64,000 nt of DNA from NCBI GenBank assembly GCA_000993275.1, contig LBVV01000006.1, forward strand, positions 24 to 64,023, read 5' to 3'. The stretch is from a candidate division CPR2 bacterium GW2011_GWC2_39_10. Lineage in GTDB: Bacteria > Patescibacteriota > CPR2. The notes beneath the pieces were generated by a model. That model was given only the letters and a program-made list of their open reading frames with translations. It searched no databases and was not told where the DNA came from. Numbering within the stretch: the first letter of the stretch is position 1; every line of letters begins with the position of its first letter. The translations under genes and the position numbers were made by a program. Below are positions 19,379 to 29,506 of the stretch, one piece after another.

Positions 19379-20184
19379 CCCCTAATCACTTTTCTAAAAT
19401 TAACTATGGCTCTGGTGATAACCTCTTGGCCAGGCTTAGAATATAGATACTTTTGGGCAAAATCGTTTAGTTCCTTTTTTTTATGTAAGGGCTGTTCTTT
19501 ATATAAAAGATGCGGCTTTTCGTCATAAAAACCTTTCATAATGCAGCCTTCCCGTAATAAATAATTATATTTCTCTCTGCTCGCATGTAAAAATTCTTTT
19601 ATTGTCAGCCATGTTTCGTCATCGGCAACAGCTATACTTTTAGTTTTTTTATCAACCAGATATGGGTTTGGGTAAACAAAATCACAAAAACGCATTATTG
19701 CGCCCAAAGTTCTGACATTAGGGCTGATAAAAACAAATTCGGTTAGCATTTTACCGGCGAAAAAACGCTTAATCAAAATTCTTCTCGTGACCTTAAGAAG
19801 CATTTTTTTCATCAAATCCAAGTCTCTGTATCTCGGATCCACAACTGTTAAACCGAATGAATAAACTTCTCTTTTTCGAATATTATATTTTTTAATCGGC
19901 GCAATTCCGATAATTTTGTAGTCTAAATCCCTAAGTATTAGAAGCAGATGAGCACCCAGCACATTTTTTTCTATATAATCAAGGCCGAAATCACCCCAGC
20001 CTTTCGTAACCAAAATAGATATTTCCTCTAAAACATCTTGCTTTATTTTATTCGGAATACTTTTTGACGGTTCCGTTATTATTTCGGTCGGCAATAGGAT
20101 CGTTTTTTTCCCTATACCAAAAGCGGCCTCATCATCTTCTATTTTGATCCACGCTTGTTTACTTTTCCAAGAAAATCGCTGCAT
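19375..20184 (-). CDS. GNAT-like acyltransferase-fold hypothetical protein
   Basis: GLTVVDPRYRDLDL resembles GNAT motif A. Confidence 0.55.
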   Translation of the reverse strand: MQRFSWKSKQAWIKIEDDEAAFGIGKKTILLPTEIITEPSKSIPNKIKQDVLEEISILVTKGWGDFGLDYIEKNVLGAHLLLILRDLDYKIIGIAPIKKYNIRKREVYSFGLTVVDPRYRDLDLMKKMLLKVTRRILIKRFFAGKMLTEFVFISPNVRTLGAIMRFCDFVYPNPYLVDKKTKSIAVADDETWLTIKEFLHASREKYNYLLREGCIMKGFYDEKPHLLYKEQPLHKKKELNDFAQKYLYSKPGQEVITRAIVNFRKVIRG

Positions 20185-20252
20185 TTACTATCCGTTATTA
20201 TTTCTTCCTTAATATACCAACTTCCCATCCCTTATACAACATACGTATTGAT

Positions 20253-20846
20253 TTACTCATTTATCCCCGGAATCTTTTTAACCCCCTGCCACCAGTCATT
20301 AGAATCGGTTTTTTGCATTTCGTGCCAAAGCTTTCTAGCAGTTTCGGTTTTTAAAACTTTTCCCACGTTATCTATCCAATCCTGAGCAAACTTATAGCCT
20401 TTTTCCAAATATTCCTTAGCCGTAAAAGCCTGCTCCAAGTAATCGGCATCTTTGGCTAAATCACCGGCTATATTTTTGTTGTAACCAACGGAATTATAAA
20501 GTTTAAAAATAGACTCTCCCAGCCCCCCCAAATCTTTTGTCTGGTCTTTAACCGCCCCTTCTTTATCCGCCTTTATATAACGATTAGCAACTTTATGAAT
20601 ATCGCCAATCCGGCACTCGTCTATATCATGGAAAACAACCATACTGCAAATTTCACTTGGATTTTTATAGCCCTCTAAAAAAGCCAAAATATATGCAATT
20701 TGCGCCGCCCTTAAATTATGGTCGGCAACACTTAGGGGATCCGTTACGCCAGCAATAGTTAAGCCTACATGTCGGAGTCTTCTTAATTGCCCCAATTCAT
20801 AAATAAACTTAGTAACTTCTTTTTCCATTTTGTCCTCCTCATTCAT
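20253..20846 (-). CDS. HD-domain 5'-deoxynucleotidase-like protein (YfbR/HDDC2 family)
   Basis: SVADH, FHDIDECRIGD, KDADYLE. Confidence 0.85.
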   Translation of the reverse strand: MNEEDKMEKEVTKFIYELGQLRRLRHVGLTIAGVTDPLSVADHNLRAAQIAYILAFLEGYKNPSEICSMVVFHDIDECRIGDIHKVANRYIKADKEGAVKDQTKDLGGLGESIFKLYNSVGYNKNIAGDLAKDADYLEQAFTAKEYLEKGYKFAQDWIDNVGKVLKTETARKLWHEMQKTDSNDWWQGVKKIPGINE

Positions 20847-21054
20847 TGCATTATATCAAATTAGTTTGTTTTATACACATTTAAACAAACTTTACCTATA
20901 GATTAGGTTATGTCGTTTAATGTTTTTGTTGCGACATATATATCGTAATTATCAAAAATCAACATGACCTACACAGAGCCATAGTTCCAAACCCCCGATG
21001 TCCATCGGGGAGTCGAACAATATTATACTGTGAGATGCCGAAAAGGGAGTAGGT

Positions 21055-21711
21055 CTATTTAAGAATATATAGGTAATTGAACTTTTCCTGCGACCCCCTA
21101 ATAATAGAAAAAACAGACGCTAATTCTGCGTCCAACTCGTCTTTGGTAAAAGCGTGGTAATATCTATCTTCTTTTTTTTGCCAAGGAATGAATGAATCGC
21201 CTACTTCAAGCCCTTTTTTTTGGGCTTGTTCTTGGTTTTTTACAATAAATTTTTCATATTTTGGCTGATATAAATCCCAAACAGTTAAAATAAACAAGCC
21301 ATCTTTTTTTAAGACTCTCTTCACGTCGTTTAAAGCTTTAATTCTTAAATTGACCGATGGCACGTGATGATACGCCGCAATAGAAACTACAATATCAAAA
21401 AAGTTATCCCCAAAGGGCAAATTCAAAAAATCGCCTTTTTTAAAAATTGCTTTTTGGTGCTTTTTTTTGGCAATTTCCAGTAACTTAGACGACGGATCAA
21501 CTCCGTAATAATTTATATCAGCCTCTTGATAATTCAGAAAACGACCGTTTCCGCAGCCGATATCCAGGACTTTCTGTCCGGATTTAAGATATTTTTTTAT
21601 TATTTCAAATTCCGGCCAAGCCCTGTTTCTAGTGTCTGAAAATGACTCGGAAATATTTTCATAAGTCTTAATGGTACTCGCATATATTTCTTTTGCCTTT
21701 TTTTCGTTCAT
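21055..21711 (-). CDS. SAM methyltransferase, Trm9/ALKBH8-like
   Basis: FSDTR..AWP, LDIGCGNGR, SIAAYHH, RYYHAF. Confidence 0.8.
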   Translation of the reverse strand: MNEKKAKEIYASTIKTYENISESFSDTRNRAWPEFEIIKKYLKSGQKVLDIGCGNGRFLNYQEADINYYGVDPSSKLLEIAKKKHQKAIFKKGDFLNLPFGDNFFDIVVSIAAYHHVPSVNLRIKALNDVKRVLKKDGLFILTVWDLYQPKYEKFIVKNQEQAQKKGLEVGDSFIPWQKKEDRYYHAFTKDELDAELASVFSIIRGSQEKFNYLYILK

Positions 21712-21767
21712 GACCCCATGATAACAAAAAATAACAAAAAAGGTAATTACTGATAGCTTCTATTCGG

Positions 21768-23501
21768 TTATTTAATTTTATAGATGTCTTCGACTTTATC
21801 GGCAAATTTTTCTAAAATTTGATTTCTTCTTAGTTTCAAGGTAATGGTTAAAAGCCCGTTTTCTACCGTAAAAGGCTCCGCAGAAATAATAAACTTTTTT
21901 ATTTGTTCAATTCTGGAAAATTCCCTTAGCTGTTCATTTAAAAGGCTGTCGATACCTTCTTCAATTTTTTCGCCAAGCTCCCGTTCGGCAATTTCAGTAG
22001 GCACTATTATTGCGCCAATATGCTTTCGGCCATCACCAAACACCAAGCATTGACTAATATAGGGATGTTTTTCACATGCTTCTTCTATAGGCACGGGAAA
22101 AATTTTTTTGCCCGTTGTCAGCACTAATATTTCTTTTTTTCTGCCAATAATTGACAGAAAACCTTCTTCGTCCAATTTACCCAAATCCCCCGTCTTAAAC
22201 CAGCCATCCGCCGATAAATCTTTTTTAGTAGATTCCTCGTCCTTGAAATAGCCTTTCATTACGTTTGGCCCCTTAACCAATATTTCATTATCTGCCGAAA
22301 GCTTTACGGATAACCCTTTTAAAACTTGTCCTACCGTACCAAAACGATAGTTATCCAAAGAGTTACATGCAATAACTGGCGCTGTTTCGGTCAGCCCGTA
22401 TCCTTCCAAAACCGGAGTTCCAATTGAGTCAAAAAATTCTCCAAGCCATTTAGCCAAAGATGCCCCTCCAGAAACAAAAAACCTCACCTGTCCGCCGAAA
22501 TTATCTTTAATCTTTTTAAAAACTAACAAATCATAAAATTTGTATAAAATTTTCGAGCGATTTTCCCTTACTTTGCCGTACTCTACAGCTTTTAAAAATA
22601 GATTTTTTTTGAATGCGCTCACCGATACTTTTTCGTAAACTTTTTCATATATTTTTTCATACAGACGAGGAACGGCAATAATAATTGTTGGCTTCTCTTC
22701 TTTTGCAAATTCAGACACCCTAGCAACGTCTTCTATGTAAGAAATTGATGACCCTGAAAATAATGGCACATAATAGCCAACCGTTCTTTCGAAAACGTGA
22801 GAAAGCGGCAAAACGGAAAGAAACCGATCTTCGGGAAATACACCGACACTTTCTACTAACGTAAGGGCATTGGAAACAAAATTTTTGTGGGTCAAGATTG
22901 CACCTTTTGGGTGGCCGGTTGTTCCGGAGGTATAAATAATTGAAGCATCATCTTCCGCTTTTATTCTGCGCGCTCTTTCTTCCAACTCTGTACCGGTATG
23001 ATAATGACCAATTAATTGGAGGGAATTAATGAAATGCTGACCCTTAAATTTTTTTATAAGCTCTTTTTCTTTTTCTAAAATGCTTTCCAAGTAAATAACA
23101 TCAATTTTTTTTGACTTGACGGACTCAATTTCCAAAATTTTTTCCAGCGCATCTCTGTCTGAAACTATAACTAGCCTTGGTTCAATTTCATCAATAATCC
23201 GCTTTATCTGTATAGGACTTAAAATTTTATGGATAGGGACTGTTATTGCTCCAATAAATAGGTTTGCCAAATCGGTAATAATCCATTCGGGACGATTTTC
23301 CGATAACAAAATTACTCGATCCCCCCCTTTAACACCAAAATGCTCGAAAGTTAAAACAAAATTACCAACCAGGTTTTTAAGCCTTTTGTATGGCATTTCC
23401 TCAAAAACATCTCCTTTTTTATAAAAAATAGCGGTTTTTTCGGCATATTTTTCTGCCACTTCCAAAAAAAGGGAGCAAATTGTCGGTTCCATGTCTTTCA
23501 C
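21768..23501 (-). CDS. fadD: Long-chain fatty acid-CoA ligase (AMP-binding)
   Basis: YTSGTTGHPKG, LPLSHVFER, EGYGLTET, KTGDLG. Confidence 0.88.
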   Translation of the reverse strand: MKDMEPTICSLFLEVAEKYAEKTAIFYKKGDVFEEMPYKRLKNLVGNFVLTFEHFGVKGGDRVILLSENRPEWIITDLANLFIGAITVPIHKILSPIQIKRIIDEIEPRLVIVSDRDALEKILEIESVKSKKIDVIYLESILEKEKELIKKFKGQHFINSLQLIGHYHTGTELEERARRIKAEDDASIIYTSGTTGHPKGAILTHKNFVSNALTLVESVGVFPEDRFLSVLPLSHVFERTVGYYVPLFSGSSISYIEDVARVSEFAKEEKPTIIIAVPRLYEKIYEKVYEKVSVSAFKKNLFLKAVEYGKVRENRSKILYKFYDLLVFKKIKDNFGGQVRFFVSGGASLAKWLGEFFDSIGTPVLEGYGLTETAPVIACNSLDNYRFGTVGQVLKGLSVKLSADNEILVKGPNVMKGYFKDEESTKKDLSADGWFKTGDLGKLDEEGFLSIIGRKKEILVLTTGKKIFPVPIEEACEKHPYISQCLVFGDGRKHIGAIIVPTEIAERELGEKIEEGIDSLLNEQLREFSRIEQIKKFIISAEPFTVENGLLTITLKLRRNQILEKFADKVEDIYKIK

Positions 23502-23570
23502 TTACTTTATCTTATCTCTTTATTTGTTATATTTCAAAGAATTAGTATGTTAAGACTGCTGAGATATGTC

Positions 23571-24068
23571 TTACTTTAAATATTTATCAGCCATTTTTTT
23601 GAAAGTATCCACCGTACCATCGCTGCCGCTTTTTCTGTCTACTTCTTTACCCGCCTTAAAAAAGATGAATGTTGGCACACCTTCGATATTGTAAGTTGTG
23701 GCAATTTCTCTGGCATCGCTAACTCTAAATTTACCAACTTTTACCTTATCTTTGTAGCTATTTGCAAAATCTGTAACAATTGGCGCCACGGTCTGACAAT
23801 GCGGGCAAGAAGAAAGATAAAAATCCACCATCACAAGCTTGTCGGACTTTAATACTTCTTTGTCAAAATTGTCTTTGGTTAATTTTATTTCGTTCGGTCC
23901 TAATTTATCCGCCGCCGTCTCCGGTTCTGTCTCTACTGCCGCCTGATTATTTTGATCCTCGGCGGACTTTACCTCGCCCTGATTACCTGATTGGTTAACA
24001 AATATGCCAATTCCAAAGACAACAGCCACAACTGCAACTGCGAAAAATACGTTTTTAGACTCTTTCAT
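23571..24068 (-). CDS. Membrane-anchored thioredoxin
   Basis: N-terminal TM; VDFY..SCPHC; cis-Pro GVPT. Confidence 0.88.
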   Translation of the reverse strand: MKESKNVFFAVAVVAVVFGIGIFVNQSGNQGEVKSAEDQNNQAAVETEPETAADKLGPNEIKLTKDNFDKEVLKSDKLVMVDFYLSSCPHCQTVAPIVTDFANSYKDKVKVGKFRVSDAREIATTYNIEGVPTFIFFKAGKEVDRKSGSDGTVDTFKKMADKYLK

Positions 24069-24170
24069 AATTCTGCCCCTTTTTAACTTGGTTAATTATA
24101 GCAAATAATTAGCTTTTAGCAAAATAAATAAGCCAAACGCTTGATTTTAGGAAGTTTGGCTTAAGAGGTT

Positions 24171-24371
24171 TTAAAGACCATGGGACAGAATACGATAAAC
24201 AAAGAAAATTCCAAATCCCATTGAAAGGAAAAAATATGCCTCGCCGGCTTTTTTCTCGGTTACTTCAAAAAGACACATTACAAAAGACAAACCGGACAAT
24301 GGAATTGATATAATCGCAGGCAAGAAAAAACAAGCTATCAAAATAATAAGCAAAATAATTTTTGTTTTCAT
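24171..24371 (-). CDS. Small hydrophobic hypothetical protein
   Basis: Two or three TM segments; AGGGGGA upstream of the ATG. Confidence 0.45.
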   Translation of the reverse strand: MKTKIILLIILIACFFLPAIISIPLSGLSFVMCLFEVTEKKAGEAYFFLSMGFGIFFVYRILSHGL

Positions 24372-24578
24372 CTTTTTCCCCCTTGTCAAATTGCCAACTT
24401 AAACGGTTGTAAATCATTATATAAATTTTTGTGTTTTTAGCAAGCCTATATTCTATCCGAGAACTACTCTAAGTACTTTATTTTTATGTAAATTCATGTT
24501 AAAATAAATACACCGCTAAAATGCCAATGTCAAAAATATTAATTTAGAAATTTAGCGTTTGACATTAATTCCGCCCTT

Positions 24579-24655
24579 GCCCCGGTAGCTCAATTGGATA
24601 GAGCGTCTGGCTTCGAACCAGGAGGTTAGAAGTTCGAGTCTTCTCCGGGGTACCA
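24579..24655 (+). tRNA. tRNA-Arg(UCG)
   Basis: Cloverleaf, anticodon loop CTTCGAA, GTTCGAG T-loop, CCA end. Confidence 0.95.
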
Positions 24656-24758
24656 AAAAAGTTAAAAGTTTAGAGTTGAAAATTAAAAATCGGGGCTGGA
24701 ATATAATTTCTTAAAGAATTTGACTTTTAACTTTGCATTTTTTATAGACTTGAAGCAT

Positions 24759-24835
24759 GGTGGGCGTAGCTCAGTCGGCAGAGCTCTAGATTGTGGTTCT
24801 AGCGGTCGCGGGTTCGATCCCCGTCGCCCACCCCA
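24759..24835 (+). tRNA. tRNA-His(GUG)
   Basis: G-1, anticodon loop TTGTGGT, CCA end. Confidence 0.95.
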
Positions 24836-24920
24836 GTTGTAAATTACAGAGGTTAAAGCCTTTGTTTTTGCTTTTGTATAAAGTTTTTCAGTTCTAAAGT
24901 TTATATGTTAAAATATTATT

Positions 24921-25337
24921 ATGGAAACAAAGAATACAAATGCCCTAGAAAAACTTGCCGTATCAATACTTAACACTTTTTTTGTAATTCTGGTATCCTT
25001 TCCTTTCTATTTTGCCTATGGCTTTACTATAAAATATAGAATTATTTTAGTCATTATTTTCCTTTTTTATAACTTATTGTTTGTTTTTACCACCAAAAAT
25101 AGATGCCTGGGAATGATTATTCTAAATATTTATTGGAGGGAAGAATACCCATTAAAAAATCAAGTAATTTACGCCTTACTATATACTTTGAGTTTCTCCA
25201 CTTTAGTTATTTGGATATTCTTTCCGTTCGACCTATTACTCGTAAATTTGGTCTTAATCCAACTACCCTTTGTGTTAAAAACCGGAACAACCTTACACGG
25301 ATATTTAAGCGGAAAAATGTCCGGTTTCAAGCAATAA
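24921..25337 (+). CDS. RDD-like membrane protein
   Basis: Hydrophobic segments, CLGM and TLHGYLSG motifs. Confidence 0.6.
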   Translation: METKNTNALEKLAVSILNTFFVILVSFPFYFAYGFTIKYRIILVIIFLFYNLLFVFTTKNRCLGMIILNIYWREEYPLKNQVIYALLYTLSFSTLVIWIFFPFDLLLVNLVLIQLPFVLKTGTTLHGYLSGKMSGFKQ

Positions 25338-25361
25338 TACATCTGTGCTATTATTATTCAT

Positions 25362-25595
25362 ATGTTGCCCATTTTTTTAATTATGCTTATTACAATTTTA
25401 TCGATCTCCATGGCCGGGGATTTTATTACCAAGAAAATCGAAAAAAGATCAATTGACATTCCCCTGCCTCTTCCGGTTTCCCAAACTATACAATATCAAA
25501 TTGATAGCATAAGCTTTCTTTTGTTTATTTTGATGATTATTATTTTTGGTTTTTCCGGTCTTTATTGGTTTGCTAAGGGGAATATTAATGTCTGA
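25362..25595 (+). CDS. Small membrane protein
   Basis: Two hydrophobic segments; overlaps the next start. Confidence 0.5.
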   Translation: MLPIFLIMLITILSISMAGDFITKKIEKRSIDIPLPLPVSQTIQYQIDSISFLLFILMIIIFGFSGLYWFAKGNINV

Positions 25596-26124
25596 TATAA
25601 AGCTAAATTATGCAAAGCTGATATTTATTTTTATTGTTGTCATCAGCATATGGCCGCTTCTAAAAGACCCGTCCGCTTGGATCTTTTTGCATAATGTTGA
25701 CCTGGTTTTTCATGAAGCCGGTCATTTTATATTAATGTTTTTTGGCGAAGCTGTTCATATTTTAGGAGGAACAATTATTCAGCTTGCAGTTCCGATAACC
25801 TGCGCTGTCGCTTTTTATTTAAGAAAAGATTTTTATTCTGTAGGCATTATGTTAATGTGGCTTGGCGAGTCAATTATTTATACCTCTGTTTATATGGGCG
25901 ATGCTGTTAAACGTGTGCTACCTCTTCTTGGAGGAAATACTGACGGCCACGATTTTTATAATTTTTTCCCCATGTTTGGCATCTTAGATTATACAGATTC
26001 AATAGCATTAGTAACCAAAATTATTGGTTATTTAATAATTCTTGGAGGATTTATATTTGCTTTCATTAATATTTTTGACAAAGGTAAAGAAGAAAATTTG
26101 GAAGACATTCTCTTAAAAAGTTAA
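25588..26124 (+). CDS. Membrane protein with HExxH (M50-like zinc peptidase)
   Basis: FHEAGH in a TM context and a GHD motif. Confidence 0.65.
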   Translation: MSDIKLNYAKLIFIFIVVISIWPLLKDPSAWIFLHNVDLVFHEAGHFILMFFGEAVHILGGTIIQLAVPITCAVAFYLRKDFYSVGIMLMWLGESIIYTSVYMGDAVKRVLPLLGGNTDGHDFYNFFPMFGILDYTDSIALVTKIIGYLIILGGFIFAFINIFDKGKEENLEDILLKS

Positions 26125-26272
26125 GCTCGACTAATTAAGGTTTTTGTAGTATAATTAATCGGTCAAAATATGAAATATGGTGCAAACAAGTAGTCATTTT
26201 CATTGGTTTCAACAAAATTTCTGCGATGGTATCAACTGTTTATTGTTTATTGCTAATTGTTTATTAATTTAT

Positions 26273-26348
26273 GCGCCCGTAGCTCAGGGGATAGAGCGGC
26301 TGCCTTCTAAGCAGTAGGTCGGAGGTTCGAATCCTCCCGGGCGTACCA
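26273..26348 (+). tRNA. tRNA-Arg(UCU)
   Basis: Anticodon loop CTTCTAA, GGTTCGAATCC, CCA. Confidence 0.95.
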
Positions 26349-26449
26349 TTGTTGCATTAAAAATTATCTTTAGACTAAGGCAAACAAAAACAAACGAAAA
26401 GACGAGTAGTGGGATGGATGAGAAGTTTATCCTGAGTGAAATCGAAGGA

Positions 26450-26468
26450 AATCCTCCCGGGCGTACCA
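26450..26468 (+). repeat. 19-bp duplication of the tRNA-Arg(UCU) 3' end
   Basis: AATCCTCCCGGGCGTACCA is identical to 26330-26348. Confidence 0.88.
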
Positions 26469-26537
26469 GAATCTAAGCAGTAAGTCGTTCCCTACGAGTC
26501 GCGTGACCGTACGGATCTCTCCTGCTATAATATAAAT

Positions 26538-26612
26538 ATGTATCATGTTTATATTTTAAAAAGCTTAAAAGGCGGCAGTTTTATAAAAGAATATTTGAAG
26601 AATATTATTTAA
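26538..26612 (+). pseudogene. Internally deleted GIY-YIG endonuclease remnant
   Basis: MYHVYILKSLKGGSF resembles the small GIY-YIG N-terminus; only 24 codons remain. Confidence 0.45.
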
Positions 26613-26689
<77 letters not shown>

Positions 26690-26791
26690 AGAATAATAAA
26701 CAAGGAACAAAGAACAATTAACAATCAGACGAGAAGGTAAAATAAAAACTAAAATTGTTTATTGCTATTTGTTTATTGTTTGTTAACATCC

Positions 26792-26866
<75 letters not shown>

Positions 26867-26906
26867 GTTTCGATAAGTACTGCATCCAAACTAAAATTAT
26901 TTTAAA

Positions 26907-26962
26907 GGGTTCTCACCCTGCGGGTGATCGTCCGGAGGACGAGAATCCCGTTACCCGCTCCA
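26907..26962 (+). repeat. Duplicated tRNA-Gly 3' end interrupted in the T-loop by a 30-bp double hairpin
   Basis: GGGTTC + 26913-26942 + GAATCCCGTTACCCGCTCCA. Confidence 0.8.
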
Positions 26963-27030
26963 AATTTTTAAACCTGTCTTTAATAAATAAGATATCTAAA
27001 ACCGTGCGTAAAAGAAAACTATCCCCCCTA

Positions 27031-27069
27031 TTATCCCGATGTGTCTACTTGGTACACACCGGGTGTGTG
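27031..27069 (-). repeat. RAYT-associated repeat copy
   Basis: TTATCCCGATGTGTC-tacttg-GTACACACCGGGTGTGTG. Confidence 0.92.
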
Positions 27070-27087
27070 GTTGTGTTCCTGTGTGCT

Positions 27088-28638
27088 CTAAAAAATATCC
27101 AAGCTTCCTGAGCCACTCTCGTCTTTTACTATACCTGGAAAATAACTATTAGTAGTTGAACCGTTACCTAATTGACCATAAGTATTTACCCCCCAAGAAA
27201 TAACTTTTCCATCAGGATAAAAAGATAAAGCGTGACCAGATACTACTATTAATGATACCCCCGACAAACCGATAGAATTAGATTCATTATTTACCCTAAC
27301 CGGCAGCCCTCTGTTAATTGTTGTTCCATCCCCAAGACGCCCGCTTCCATTTGAACCCCAAGCCCAAATATTGGCATCTTGATCTTTAGCCATAGACGTA
27401 CCACCGCTTCCTGCAAAGATTTGCTTTATACCTAATAAATCAATGATTCCGGCACTATCTTTAACGCGAACCGGAAGAACCTTATCTTTGGTGGTGTTAT
27501 CCCCCAACTGGCCGCCGGAATTAGATCCCCAAGCCCAAACGTTCCCATTTGCGTTAAGAGCTAACGAATGCGTGCCGCCTGCAGAAATTGAAACAATATC
27601 GGATAATGATGAGCTGCCGGAACTATCCTTCACCAATACCGGCAAAGAACGATCCGTTTTACTTCCGTCACCAAGCCTACCATCCCAATTATAGCCCCAT
27701 GTCCATATATTACCGCTTGAACTTAAAGCCATAACATGCGTACTTGAAGTAGATATCTTCGTTGTGCCAGTTAAATATCCAGTTCCGTCACTATTTTTAA
27801 TTTTTACAGGCAAATTACTATTATTAGTCGTGCCGTTACCCAATTGGCCTCGACTGTTGCTGCCCCAAGACCACAAATTATTTATACTATCATTTGCGAC
27901 ACAAAATGATACACCGCAAGCAATTTTAACTATATTAGAAAGACTTCCGGTTCCAGATTCATTTTTGACGAGGACGGGAAGTCTAATATCATCTGAATAA
28001 ATACCAACACCCAGTTGACCATTATCATTGTCCCCCCAAGTCCAAACATTGCCATTTGCATCTAATGCCGCTGAAAAAAATAAGCCTCCGGCTACTTCTA
28101 TAATATTCTGAAGATAGCCAGTGTTGTCTGAATTATTGACTTTTTTTGGCAAACTTCTGTCACTAATTGTATTGTCACCCAACTGCCCTTCAGTATTAAA
28201 CCCCCAAGCCAATACATTACCTGCCGATGTTACTGCCAATGAGTGATTGCTTCCGACTGCAATTAAGTTTTTTTCCGATTTACCTCCTCCCGAAGAGGTA
28301 AATAAAATTTCTAAACTTCTGTATATACCCCCTGATTGCCCCTTTGCCGTTATTTTGCCGGTGGTGCTATCCTTAGTAACAACCCAGCAAACACCAGAAT
28401 AACAAGTTTCTGAAGCAATATAATCATCAGACGGATTTAACAGACCTTCCTCCAGCCCTGTCTCTGCCGCGTAGTAAGCCTGTTGGGAACTGGCGGCATC
28501 GCCGGAGGCCTTAATTTCTGTCAGCACTATTTGAGCAATAGAAAGGCCGATTGTTAAAACAATCATGGAGATAATAAGGGAATATAAAAGAATAGAACCT
28601 TTTTGATTTTTTTTGTTTCGGATTTGGAGCTTAAGCAA
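27088..28638 (-). CDS. PilX-like minor pilin fused to an RCC1/BLIP-II beta-propeller
   Basis: KGSILL...AYYAAETGLE N-terminus; repeated WxWGxNxxGQLGD; TTG start after GGAGGG. Confidence 0.85.
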   Translation of the reverse strand: MLKLQIRNKKNQKGSILLYSLIISMIVLTIGLSIAQIVLTEIKASGDAASSQQAYYAAETGLEEGLLNPSDDYIASETCYSGVCWVVTKDSTTGKITAKGQSGGIYRSLEILFTSSGGGKSEKNLIAVGSNHSLAVTSAGNVLAWGFNTEGQLGDNTISDRSLPKKVNNSDNTGYLQNIIEVAGGLFFSAALDANGNVWTWGDNDNGQLGVGIYSDDIRLPVLVKNESGTGSLSNIVKIACGVSFCVANDSINNLWSWGSNSRGQLGNGTTNNSNLPVKIKNSDGTGYLTGTTKISTSSTHVMALSSSGNIWTWGYNWDGRLGDGSKTDRSLPVLVKDSSGSSSLSDIVSISAGGTHSLALNANGNVWAWGSNSGGQLGDNTTKDKVLPVRVKDSAGIIDLLGIKQIFAGSGGTSMAKDQDANIWAWGSNGSGRLGDGTTINRGLPVRVNNESNSIGLSGVSLIVVSGHALSFYPDGKVISWGVNTYGQLGNGSTTNSYFPGIVKDESGSGSLDIF

Positions 28639-28800
28639 AATATCCCTCCAATAATATAATACACAAAGAAACGACTCTTGAAAAGTAAACACCAAGGTTG
28701 AACCCTTTATCCCAACAAAAACTCACTTAGAAAAAATAAAATAGATAACCGTGCTTAACAACCTGTCATCCGTAGGGTGAAAAACCGTTGTTTCTTTATT

Positions 28801-28850
28801 TTATCCCGACGTGTCTACTCAGTACACACCGGGTGTGTACTGAGTTCACA
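28801..28850 (-). repeat. RAYT-associated repeat fused head-to-head with a partial second copy
   Basis: Perfect 14-bp stem ACTCAGTACACACC-G-GGTGTGTACTGAGT at 28817-28845. Confidence 0.88.
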
Positions 28851-28852
28851 AA

Positions 28853-29221
28853 CTAGGGCAGGTTTATTTTTATTTCTCTTACAACACCGTTAAAAGAACC
28901 TTTGGCGATTAACTGGCCGTTGTCGTTTTTAAAATAATAACAGGAAGATTCTTGACAGTTGTTTTCCTCGTAGCCGTTGGAAAGTGTTCCGGCATTGTGC
29001 ATCTGCAAGGCTTTTTCTAAAGCTGTTTCGGCATTTCTATAGGCCTTGTCGGAATTTACCAAATCACTTGAAGCCCTAGTTTCGGTTAAGGCAATTAGGG
29101 AAATCGCAAGGCCAATAGCAAGCGCAATAACAGAAATAATCATGGCCCAAAGAAGAACCGCTCCTTTATTTTTTTTAAAAAACAAATTTTCTTTTGATTC
29201 TTTATGTCTTGTCGCAAACAA
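28853..29221 (-). CDS. Short PilX-like minor pilin
   Basis: KGAVLL...KAYRNAETALE; similar to the N-terminus of 27088-28638. Confidence 0.8.
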   Translation of the reverse strand: MFATRHKESKENLFFKKNKGAVLLWAMIISVIALAIGLAISLIALTETRASSDLVNSDKAYRNAETALEKALQMHNAGTLSNGYEENNCQESSCYYFKNDNGQLIAKGSFNGVVREIKINLP

Positions 29222-29289
29222 ATTATTTTCTCCTATATAATATAATAAACAACAAGCAGGAAAAAGGGAAAGCAAAAAGGGTCGAACTC

Positions 29290-29448
29290 TTATTCTTCGA
29301 CTCCTCTTAAGGGGGTCCGTCTTGGTGACGAGACAGGCCAGTCTTGGCGCCTAGACAGGCTTCGCTTAAGCGAGACAGGTGGAGAAGTGCCTTTAAGAAG
29401 TTACAAAAATGCAGTTCTCCACCTACTCCGTAGAGTCGAACAATATTA
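29290..29448. repeat. Nested micro-repeat cluster bounded by TTCGACTC...GAGTCGAA
   Basis: Shares TTGGTGACGAGACAGGCCAGTCTTGGCGC(C/T)TAGACAGGC with about 35154-35192; GAGTCGAACAATATTA also at 21010. Confidence 0.7.
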
Positions 29449-29506
29449 AAGTGCGTAAATCCTGTTAATATTAATTGTTAAAAGTTGAAGGTAAATTTTT
29501 TTTAAA

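Noticed and set aside
29290-29506. DGR template repeat or cruciform next to the variable pilin
   Set aside because: No copy of the variable region; the hairpins here belong to repeat families seen elsewhere in the window.
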